DNA from: Bacteroidota bacterium
GTDB lineage: Bacteria > Bacteroidota > Bacteroidia > UBA4408
Reading direction: 5' to 3'
Assembly: GCA_037131955.1 (NCBI GenBank)
Contig: JBAXQC010000007.1
Coordinates: 3,004 to 67,003 of the forward strand
DNA: 64,000 nucleotides
Part shown: in pieces, positions 42,162 through 50,537 of the stretch
Position numbering within the stretch: position 1 is the stretch's first letter
How the letters are laid out: every line of letters begins with the position of its first letter
Notes under the pieces: generated by a model
Seen by the model: the letters and a program-made list of their open reading frames with translations, nothing else
Told to the model about the DNA's origin: nothing
Database searches by the model: none
Translations under genes and position numbers: made by a program

Positions 42162-42314
42162 TTATTTACTCAAAAAATCTTTTACGTGATCGTTGTGAAC
42201 GATTTCTTCCTTAAAAGCATAAGAACCAGTTTTAGGTGATTTTACCATTTTTATAACTTTAGTAAAATTATTTCCTTTTCCTGATTTAAGGGTAGCAACA
42301 ACTTTCTTTGCCAT
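42162..42314 (-). CDS. Small DUF4295-like protein (50 aa; not in ORF track, found manually)
   Basis: Minus-strand translation MAKKVVATLKSGKGNNFTKVIKMVKSPKTGSYAFKEEIVHNDHVKDFLSK*, directly downstream of rpmG. Confidence 0.5.
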   Translation of the reverse strand: MAKKVVATLKSGKGNNFTKVIKMVKSPKTGSYAFKEEIVHNDHVKDFLSK

Positions 42315-42329
42315 GTTTTTACGTTTTTA

Positions 42330-42512
42330 TTATTTAATTTCTTTGTGAACTGTTACTTTTCTTAAAATTGGATTAAATTTCTTTAATTCCATTCTATCAG
42401 GGGTATTACGTTTGTTTTTTGTAGTAATATACCTGCTTGTTCCGGGTACTCCCGAAGTTTTATGTTCGGTACACTCTAGTATAACCTGAACTCTGTTTCC
42501 TCTTTTTGCCAT
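42330..42512 (-). CDS. rpmG: 50S ribosomal protein L33
   Basis: 60 aa ([18 protein letters not shown]...) of typical L33 sequence. Confidence 0.9.
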   Translation of the reverse strand: MAKRGNRVQVILECTEHKTSGVPGTSRYITTKNKRNTPDRMELKKFNPILRKVTVHKEIK

Positions 42513-42530
42513 TTCTTAAATGTATTTAGA

Positions 42531-42767
42531 TTAACGTAAATGACCTTTTTCTACCGCTTGTTTAAGAACAGCAGAAATACCTTTTCTGTTAATAGTTTTT
42601 ATAGCCGAAGTAGATACTTTTAAAGTAATCCACATATCATCCTCTGGGATGTAGAATTTTTTCAACTGCAAATTTGGATTGAATCTTCTCTTAGTTTTGT
42701 GGTTAGAGAAAGAAACTTTATTTCCTACAATTGCTTTTTTTCCTGTTAAGTCGCAAACACGTGCCAT
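42531..42767 (-). CDS. rpmB: 50S ribosomal protein L28
   Basis: 78 aa (MARVCDLTGKKAIVGNKVSFSNHKTKRRFNPNLQ...) of canonical L28 sequence. Confidence 0.9.
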   Translation of the reverse strand: MARVCDLTGKKAIVGNKVSFSNHKTKRRFNPNLQLKKFYIPEDDMWITLKVSTSAIKTINRKGISAVLKQAVEKGHLR

Positions 42768-42970
42768 TTATAAAAGCGTTTTAAATTTTTGGACTGCAAA
42801 GAAAAGAATTATTATTAGAACATACAAATTTTTTTGATAATTAAATTACGTTGCTTGTATATAACTAAATCGCTGATTTTTAAATTGTTGTTATTATAAA
42901 ATTTGAATTCTGAAAATGGAACGCAAGAAATTTTAAAGTCAAAGACTTTGCAAACTCATTTTAACTTAAA

Positions 42971-42997
42971 ACAAAAAAGTCGGAATTTACTCCGACT
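42971..42997 (-). terminator. Rho-independent terminator downstream of sucD (minus strand)
   Basis: Stem GTCGGA(42979-42984)/TCCGAC(42991-42996). Plus-strand A6 at 42973-42978 gives a U-run on the minus transcript. Confidence 0.55.
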
Positions 42998-43024
42998 CAT
43001 TTGCTAAAATATTTTGAATTGAAT

Positions 43025-43906
43025 TTATGCAGTTACCAAACCTAAGGCTTTTGCCATTGTTTGACCAATAACAGCAGGAGATTCAACCACGTGAATTCCA
43101 CACTCGCTCATAATTTTCATTTTTGCAGCTGCTGTATCATCGGCACCACCAACAATTGCGCCTGCATGGCCCATTCTACGTCCGGGAGGTGCTGTTTGCC
43201 CTGCAATAAAACCAACTACAGGTTTTGTTCCGTGTTCTTTTATCCATTTGGCAGCTTCTGCTTCCATTCCTCCGCCAATTTCTCCAATCATCACAATTCC
43301 TTCGGTCTCTGGGTCGTTCATTAACAGTTCAACAGCTTCTTTTGTAGTTGTTCCAATAATTGGGTCGCCGCCAATGCCAATAGCAGTGGTAATTCCCATG
43401 CCTTGTTTCACCACTTGGTCGGCAGCTTCGTAAGTTAGAGTTCCAGATTTAGAAACAATTCCTATTTTACCTTTTTTGAATACAAAACCAGGCATAATTC
43501 CAACTTTGGCTTCTTCTGCTGTTATTATTCCCGGGCAATTAGGACCAATTAATCTTGCTCCACTTCCTTTTAAATATTCTTTTACGGCAATCATATCTTT
43601 TGTAGGAATGCCTTCGGTAATACAAACGATTACTTTAATTCCAGCTTCTGCAGCTTCCATAATTGCATCTGCAGCAAATGGCGGCGGAACAAATATGATA
43701 GACACATCTGCACCTGTAGAGGTAACCGCATCTTTTACTGTATTAAAAACCGGTTTGTCTAAATGCAAGGAGCCGCCTTTTCCGGGCGTTACACCGCCAA
43801 CAACTTGTGTTCCGTATTCCAGCATTTGTGTTGCATGAAAGGTTCCCTCATTACCTGTGAAACCTTGAACTATAATTTTAGAATTTTTATTTACTAATAC
43901 ACTCAT
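43025..43906 (-). CDS. sucD: Succinyl-CoA synthetase alpha subunit
   Basis: 293 aa with CoA-binding and the phosphohistidine loop (GHAGAIV). No sucC lies adjacent inside the window. Confidence 0.95.
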   Translation of the reverse strand: MSVLVNKNSKIIVQGFTGNEGTFHATQMLEYGTQVVGGVTPGKGGSLHLDKPVFNTVKDAVTSTGADVSIIFVPPPFAADAIMEAAEAGIKVIVCITEGIPTKDMIAVKEYLKGSGARLIGPNCPGIITAEEAKVGIMPGFVFKKGKIGIVSKSGTLTYEAADQVVKQGMGITTAIGIGGDPIIGTTTKEAVELLMNDPETEGIVMIGEIGGGMEAEAAKWIKEHGTKPVVGFIAGQTAPPGRRMGHAGAIVGGADDTAAAKMKIMSECGIHVVESPAVIGQTMAKALGLVTA

Positions 43907-44135
43907 GTTTTATTTATTTGTGGCAAAAATACCAATTCTTTTGAGAAAAGGAATTTTATAATCGAAAGAAATACTAATAATATTGTAAGATGTTTTTAGA
44001 AACTACATTACATACAATAATGTTAACAACACTACGTTTATAAAAAACAAATCACATCGCCTAAAGGCAAAACCCTTACAAGTACTTTTATTTCGCAAAA
44101 ATCTATACAATTACAATTAAGTTTTTTGGAGAATA

Positions 44136-47100
44136 ATGAAGAAAGAAAATAGAGTTTTTAGGTTGGTGTTTCTGTTTGTTTTAGTGGCAACATTTTTTGT
44201 CAAGGCTCAAAAAACCACCATATACGTTAATCCTTCGGCACAATTAAATGAAGGAATATATTTATTTGAGCAGCAAAAATTTGTGTCTGCACAAAAGGCA
44301 TTGCAAGATGCCATTCCACTTTTTGCACCTTATTCCAAAGAAAGAGTAGATGCCGAGTTTTACATGGCATACTGTGCTTACGAATTGTTTAACGAGGATA
44401 CAGAGCCGCTGCTTTTAGAGTTTATTCAAAATCATCCCGAAAGCAATCGATCTAATTTGGCTATATTCTTAATTGGAAATTATTATTACAGAAACAAACA
44501 ATTAAAATTAGCATTGGCTTGGTACGAAAAAACAGAACCTGCAAAATTAAATTCAACACAAAGAGCAGAGCTCTATTTTAAAAAAGGATATTGCTATTTT
44601 ATGAAAGAGCAATACAGCAAAGCAAAACCATTGTTTGCAGAAATAAAAGACATTGAAAATACTTACGCAGCTCCTGCAACCTACTACTATTCGCACATAG
44701 CATATCTTGAGAAAAAGTATGAAATTGCTTTAGAAGGGTTTAAAAAATTCAGTAAAAATTCTACGTTTGGTCCAATAGTTCCCTACTACATTGCTCAAAT
44801 ATATTTCTATCAAAAAAAATATGATTTGGTAATAGAATATGGAATTCCAATATTGGATTCAACATCAACAAAAAGAGCCCCTGAAATTTCTAGACTTATT
44901 GGAGATTCTTATTATAAAACTGACAGATTTGAAGCAGCAATTCCTTATTTAGAAAAATATGTTGCAGGAAAAGGAAAGATGGAAAGACCAGATTTTTACG
45001 AGTACGGCTACGTTTACTATCAATCAAAAAATTACGACAAAGGAATAGAATATTTTCAAAAAGCAATTTCCGATAAAAGCGATAGTTTGTCTCAATTGAG
45101 CTATTATCACATTGGAGATTGCTATTATAAATCCAGTAAAAAAGAATTGGCAAGAAATTCTTTTGGCACCGCTTCAAAAATGGATTTTGAATTAAATGTA
45201 AAAGAAGATGCATTGTTTAATTATGCAAAGCTAGCGTATGAGCTGGAGTCAGATCCCTTTCATAATGCAATTACTGCGTTTAAAACATACCTCAAGTTGT
45301 ATCCAAAGTCAGATAAATACGACGAAGCATTTAATTTTTTAGTAAACGCCTTTTTGCGTTCAAGAAATTATACCGAGGCACTAAATGCTCTGGATGAGAT
45401 GCCAACAAAAACTTTGGCTTTGAAATTGGCTTATCAAAAATTGTCGTACTTAAAAGCAACAGAATATTTTAATAATGCTAAATACAACGATGCCATTGCT
45501 TTTTACAACAAATCTATGTTGTACGACAAAGATAAAAACCTAAAAGGGCAATCGGTGTATTGGAAAGGAGAAAGTTTTTTTCAGCTGAACGAAATTGATT
45601 CTGCAATTTTTTGTTTCAAAGATTTTTTGTTTTCTGCAATAGCGCCAAGTTTAGATATTTATCATGTTGCAAATTATTCTTTGGCCTATTGCTACCATTC
45701 CAGAAAACAATACGAACAAGCAAATAATTTTTTTAGAAAATTTATTGCATTAGCGCCAACAAAAGAAGGAAAAAAAATTACTGATGCAGCAATAAGAGTG
45801 GCAGATGGCTATTTTATGAACAGAGATTTTGCCGGTGCTCTAGAGTATTATACCATGGCCCAAGAATACAATAATTTTAATGTAGATTATATTTTGTATC
45901 AAAAAGCATTGGTTTTAGGCTTGTATGGAAAGAACGACGAAAAGGTAATCACACTTACTAAATTAATAGAGCAACATCCTAAGTCATCCTATATAGATGA
46001 TGGAATTTATGAATTGGCAGAGTGTTATTTAATTAAAAATGACAATCAACAGTCATTAGAGAATTTCAATAAATTAATTAGCACATTTCCTTCCAGTGTT
46101 TTGGTAAAAAAGGCACAAATGAAGGTTGCACTTATTTATAGAAATATAGACCAAGATGATAAAGCACTGGCAGCATACCAAGAAATTGTTACAAAATATC
46201 CAAACTCAGCTGAGTCAAACCAAGCTTTAAATTCAATTAGAGATATTTATGTTTCCGAAGGTAGGGTAGAAGAATTTGAAAAGTTTATCTCTTCTGTTCC
46301 AACACTTAAATTCCAAAACAGCGCTATTGATTCTGCTATGTACGAATCGGCAGAACTTAAATACATGAAAGGCGATTGCGAGACTTCTTCCAAAGCATTT
46401 GATACATATTTAAACAAATTTGAAAATGCAATTTTTGCATTAAGGGCAAACTATTTTAAAGCTGACTGCGATTATAAAAAAGGAAATTTAATTGAAGCAT
46501 TAAAGGGATTTGAATTTGTTGCATCCAAACAATCCTCCAGCTATACCGAAAAATCTGTACAATTAGCGGCTTATATCAATTATAAAAATAAAGAATTGGC
46601 CAAAGCTCTTCAATATTATCAGCAATTAGAAAAAGTATCTTCTGGCCCGGTAACACTTGCCGAAAGTAATGTTGGACAAATGAGGTGTAACATTAAATTA
46701 GGAAATTTTGATGAAGCAATTGTTGCAGCAAATAAGGTTCAGGCAGACGAAAAGAGCAGCAATGAATTAATAGCAGAAAGCTATTTAACAAAAGCAAAAT
46801 CATATTTAAAATTAAGGAGAGATTCACTAGCTATAAGGGAATTAAAAAATACTATAGCTAAAACAAAAAGCGAAAAAAGTGCAGAATCAAAGTTTTTGAT
46901 GGCAGAATTATATTTTAATAATGCCGATTACGAAAACTCAAAAAAGCAAGTTGATGAATTGCTTGAGCAAGATCCATCGTATGATTTTTGGGTTACAAAA
47001 GCGTACATTTTATATGCAGAAATATTTTATGCTAAAGAAGATGTTTTTAATGCAAAAGAAACATTGCAAAGTGTGATAGATAATTCAGAAAACACCGAAC

Positions 47101-47249
47101 TAGTAGAATTATCAAAAAGTAAACTAAATGCAATTATAGAAGCAGAAAAAAACAAAGAAGAAAAGTATAAGCAAGATGCTTTAGAAATAAAATTTGATAC
47201 AAATTCGTTTAAAGACAATCAACTATTTGAAGATGAAAACAAGGAATAA
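44136..47249 (+). CDS. Large secreted tetratricopeptide-repeat (TPR) protein
   Basis: 1037 aa with a signal peptide (no lipoprotein Cys) and >15 TPR-like helical repeats along its length. Confidence 0.75.
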   Translation: MKKENRVFRLVFLFVLVATFFVKAQKTTIYVNPSAQLNEGIYLFEQQKFVSAQKALQDAIPLFAPYSKERVDAEFYMAYCAYELFNEDTEPLLLEFIQNHPESNRSNLAIFLIGNYYYRNKQLKLALAWYEKTEPAKLNSTQRAELYFKKGYCYFMKEQYSKAKPLFAEIKDIENTYAAPATYYYSHIAYLEKKYEIALEGFKKFSKNSTFGPIVPYYIAQIYFYQKKYDLVIEYGIPILDSTSTKRAPEISRLIGDSYYKTDRFEAAIPYLEKYVAGKGKMERPDFYEYGYVYYQSKNYDKGIEYFQKAISDKSDSLSQLSYYHIGDCYYKSSKKELARNSFGTASKMDFELNVKEDALFNYAKLAYELESDPFHNAITAFKTYLKLYPKSDKYDEAFNFLVNAFLRSRNYTEALNALDEMPTKTLALKLAYQKLSYLKATEYFNNAKYNDAIAFYNKSMLYDKDKNLKGQSVYWKGESFFQLNEIDSAIFCFKDFLFSAIAPSLDIYHVANYSLAYCYHSRKQYEQANNFFRKFIALAPTKEGKKITDAAIRVADGYFMNRDFAGALEYYTMAQEYNNFNVDYILYQKALVLGLYGKNDEKVITLTKLIEQHPKSSYIDDGIYELAECYLIKNDNQQSLENFNKLISTFPSSVLVKKAQMKVALIYRNIDQDDKALAAYQEIVTKYPNSAESNQALNSIRDIYVSEGRVEEFEKFISSVPTLKFQNSAIDSAMYESAELKYMKGDCETSSKAFDTYLNKFENAIFALRANYFKADCDYKKGNLIEALKGFEFVASKQSSSYTEKSVQLAAYINYKNKELAKALQYYQQLEKVSSGPVTLAESNVGQMRCNIKLGNFDEAIVAANKVQADEKSSNELIAESYLTKAKSYLKLRRDSLAIRELKNTIAKTKSEKSAESKFLMAELYFNNADYENSKKQVDELLEQDPSYDFWVTKAYILYAEIFYAKEDVFNAKETLQSVIDNSENTELVELSKSKLNAIIEAEKNKEEKYKQDALEIKFDTNSFKDNQLFEDENKE

Positions 47250-48984
47250 AAAATATTTAAACTTGAAGTTTTTACTGCTGGTTATTTGTTTTCCTGTAAT
47301 TGTTGTAGCACAAAAAAGCGAAGGAAATTTAGGTGCTGAGCAAGTAAATGTAGTTCAAGGTTACAGCCCAACAGTTGCAGAGGCAGTAAAAATTAATGAT
47401 AATCCTGTTGTAAAAGATACTGTAGCGCCTGCTCCAAGAATTAAGTATTCGTTTTTACAAACAAAAATGGAAACTAATTTTATTCCTGATACCATTAAGC
47501 CCGCAAAAATGAGAGGAGAACCATTGGCGAAATTGTATCCGGGATTACTAAAAGTTGGTTTAGGAAATTATTCTACTCCTTTTGGAGAATTGTACTTAGG
47601 TAGTTTACGTTCAAAAACATATCAAGTGGGTGTGCATGTTAAACATTTTTCTTCTAACTATACAGCAAAGAACAGAGGCGATGCAGGGTTTAGCGATAAC
47701 TTGGCAGTTGCTAATGGTAAATATTTTGTAAAAGAACACATTTTGGCTGCAGAAATTGGATACAATAGAAATGCAAATAGATTTTACGGATACACTAATC
47801 GTTTGTTCGAAAATTATTTTGATACACTAAATAACAAGCAATTTTATCAATCGTTTAATACCACTGCAAGTGTTGAGAGTAGATTTGCAGATACAAATTT
47901 ATTACGTCACAAAGAAAAAATACATTACCGCTATACCAATGATAGATGGAGTTCCAGAGAGAATAATTTTTTAGTTTCAACAGAACTCAGTAAAAGATAT
48001 GGCAATGAAATTTACGGTGGTGCTTTGGAATGGAATCATTTTAATTATTTAATTTCACCTGAAGTAATAAGTGGTTTAACACCCATAAAGGCAGACATCT
48101 TAAAATTAAATCCTTTTGTAAAAGTTAGAAACAAGAGGTGGAATGCCGTTTTAGGAATTAATATGTTTTACGAAGTTCAAGACCAGTTTATACATTTTTT
48201 TCCTAATGTTTTGGTTAATGCCGTGCTTTGGGAAAATGTTGCTTCGGCATATTTATCAGTGAATGGAGCAACTACTAGAAACAGTTTTTATTCTGTATCG
48301 CAAATTAATCCATTTATAATTACACCATTAAATACATTTAATACCAATACGCCAATAGATGCATTGTTGGGTGTAAAAGGAAAAATAAGCAAAGAGCTCT
48401 CGTATAATGTTTCTGGTAATTACAAACTCATTCAAAACATGCCTTTATTTGTAAATCAAATAAATTATTTTGCTAACTATAATCAGGAAGACGCTCCAGG
48501 AAATATACCGCATGATTTTAGGTATATTTTAATTGACGACGATTGCAATTACTTTAATGTTTCAGGATTTTTGTCGTATGAATTAAACTCAAAAATAGTT
48601 GTTGATTTAAAAGGTAATTATTACAACTATAAAATGGCAACAGAGCAAAAGGCTTGGTTTAAACCTTTGTATGATATTTCTTTGGCTGCAAATTACAGAT
48701 TAGAAGAAAAGTTTAATTTTAAGTTAAATGTATTTTATATTGGTCAGCAATTTGGAAAAAGAGTTTACCCAAATAGCAATTTCACTGGATTAATTCCAGA
48801 TAATTTTGATGCATACAAAATCAAATCATGGGTTGACCTAAATCTGGGAGCAAACTATCAATACAATAAAAGGTTAGGGGCTTTCGTTTCTGTAAATAAT
48901 ATCTTAGGAACAAGGTATCAAAGATGGTTAGATTATCCCACTCAATCGTTTAATTTTTTGATAGGAGCAACACTATCTTTTTAA
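47233..48984 (+). CDS. Hypothetical outer-membrane beta-barrel protein
   Basis: Signal peptide after MKTRNKKY... and alternating amphipathic beta-strand sequence, with a C-terminal ...LIGATLSF (terminal Phe). The start overlaps the TPR gene's end by 17 nt. The track's 47194 start is rejected. Confidence 0.5.
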   Translation: MKTRNKKYLNLKFLLLVICFPVIVVAQKSEGNLGAEQVNVVQGYSPTVAEAVKINDNPVVKDTVAPAPRIKYSFLQTKMETNFIPDTIKPAKMRGEPLAKLYPGLLKVGLGNYSTPFGELYLGSLRSKTYQVGVHVKHFSSNYTAKNRGDAGFSDNLAVANGKYFVKEHILAAEIGYNRNANRFYGYTNRLFENYFDTLNNKQFYQSFNTTASVESRFADTNLLRHKEKIHYRYTNDRWSSRENNFLVSTELSKRYGNEIYGGALEWNHFNYLISPEVISGLTPIKADILKLNPFVKVRNKRWNAVLGINMFYEVQDQFIHFFPNVLVNAVLWENVASAYLSVNGATTRNSFYSVSQINPFIITPLNTFNTNTPIDALLGVKGKISKELSYNVSGNYKLIQNMPLFVNQINYFANYNQEDAPGNIPHDFRYILIDDDCNYFNVSGFLSYELNSKIVVDLKGNYYNYKMATEQKAWFKPLYDISLAANYRLEEKFNFKLNVFYIGQQFGKRVYPNSNFTGLIPDNFDAYKIKSWVDLNLGANYQYNKRLGAFVSVNNILGTRYQRWLDYPTQSFNFLIGATLSF

Positions 48985-49031
48985 TTTAGTAATTGCGGAT
49001 ACCTTTATTTGCTAGGAACATATAATTTTAT

Positions 49032-50477
49032 ATGATAAGATTTTGTTTTCTTTTTGTTTTTTCGTTTAGTTTTTCATTGGCTCAAGTTTCAAAAAGCACG
49101 GAGATAAAATCTTCTTCTATCATAGGAAGCTCTGCTATAAATGGTGAAGCATTGTTAGAAATTACGCCAAAGAGAATTGAAAAATTTAAGGTTGAAAAAA
49201 ATAAATCAAACGAAGTAAATTTTAGTGTTCCGTTTGCAGGTGCACAAATAGAAAATAAGAAGGACAAAAAGAAATTGAGAGACAAAATAATTCTAAGTGT
49301 TCAATTGTATTATTCTTCCTATAAATTAGCTAAAGATTTTTCTCAACCTATTTTAAATAAATCAAGGTTTGATTCCTTACTTAAGATTATGCCTTCGCTC
49401 AAGAAAAATACATACGTAAAATGGGAAGTTTTTGAGCAAACTGGTGCTAAAAAAGAAGAAGACGCAAAGAAATTATTTCACGGATTTAGAATTACATATT
49501 GTGATGCTCCAACTGAGGAATCGGCAAGTGATGAATTGGACTATTTTAAGAGAGTTTTAAGCCTGGATTCTTTGGGTTCATTTGAGAATATTGTTGAAGA
49601 AAAATATAAGATAAAAGCAAAGACATTTAAAACTGGTTACGATCCAATTTTAAAAAGCAGAAAAGAAAAGAAAATTGTTTACAGTAAAAAAGGAATACTC
49701 AACAGGAAAGAACATATTGATGTTGCTGCACCAGAAACTACAATTATTAAGAAAGTAGTTGGTCGTAGATATATTCCGCCCAAAGGACTTTCAATAGATT
49801 ATGAAGGATTTAGGTCTCCATTAGGCATTCCTTACGTTAAACAGCATTTAGATTCTACAGTATTTAAGGCATTAAGCAGAATTAACATCACTACAAATAA
49901 CACCTTAATTGTGGTTGATGTAACCGGCAGCATGGCACCTTATTCTTTACAGATTTGCTTGTGGAATAGACTAAATTTTAAAACTGGTGAGTCTAACCAT
50001 TATGTTTTATTTAATGACGGCGATGCCAAGAGCACTAATCAAAAGAAGATAGGAAGCACAGGTGGTGTATATCCAATTAAAATTGACTCAGTAATCGATC
50101 TCGAAAAAAATATGATTAAGGTAATGCAACGTGGATTTGGCGGTGATATTCCGGAAAACAATTTGGAAGCAATTATCGCTGGAATCAAAAAATTTCCAAA
50201 TACAAAAGAAGTCATTATGATAGCTGATAATTTTGCAGCTGTTAGAGACATGGTGTTGCTAGAAAAAATTAAAACTCCGGTGAAAGTTATTTTATGTGGC
50301 GTTTACGATTTACGATACAATTGTGATTATTTAAATATTGCAAAACAAACCAAAGGAAGTTTGCATACAATGGAAAATGATTACATCAATTTACATTCCA
50401 TAAAAGAAGGGGAAGTGCTAGAAATGAAAGGGTTTAACTATAAGTTAATAAAAGGCAAATTTCAGCCGGTGTTCTAG
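49032..50477 (+). CDS. Secreted protein with a C-terminal von Willebrand factor A (vWA)-like domain
   Basis: 481 aa with a signal peptide. A MIDAS-like motif LIVVDVTGSM sits in a Rossmann-like alternating pattern. Confidence 0.45.
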   Translation: MIRFCFLFVFSFSFSLAQVSKSTEIKSSSIIGSSAINGEALLEITPKRIEKFKVEKNKSNEVNFSVPFAGAQIENKKDKKKLRDKIILSVQLYYSSYKLAKDFSQPILNKSRFDSLLKIMPSLKKNTYVKWEVFEQTGAKKEEDAKKLFHGFRITYCDAPTEESASDELDYFKRVLSLDSLGSFENIVEEKYKIKAKTFKTGYDPILKSRKEKKIVYSKKGILNRKEHIDVAAPETTIIKKVVGRRYIPPKGLSIDYEGFRSPLGIPYVKQHLDSTVFKALSRINITTNNTLIVVDVTGSMAPYSLQICLWNRLNFKTGESNHYVLFNDGDAKSTNQKKIGSTGGVYPIKIDSVIDLEKNMIKVMQRGFGGDIPENNLEAIIAGIKKFPNTKEVIMIADNFAAVRDMVLLEKIKTPVKVILCGVYDLRYNCDYLNIAKQTKGSLHTMENDYINLHSIKEGEVLEMKGFNYKLIKGKFQPVF

Positions 50478-50537
50478 AAATATTGCAAAATAACTTTACT
50501 TTTGAACACTAACACAATCACTTAATTAGAAAATAAC

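Noticed and set aside
47194-47232. Upstream ATG (MIQIRLKTINYLK) for the beta-barrel gene.
   Set aside because: The signal peptide begins at the internal MKTRNKKY (47233). The longer start would bury the signal peptide and adds a 56-nt overlap with the TPR gene.
44136-47249. Identification of the 1037-aa TPR protein as SprE/PorW (T9SS TPR lipoprotein).
   Set aside because: SprE/PorW are lipoproteins with a lipobox Cys after the signal peptide. This protein has a standard signal peptide without Cys, and I cannot support the call on sequence similarity alone.
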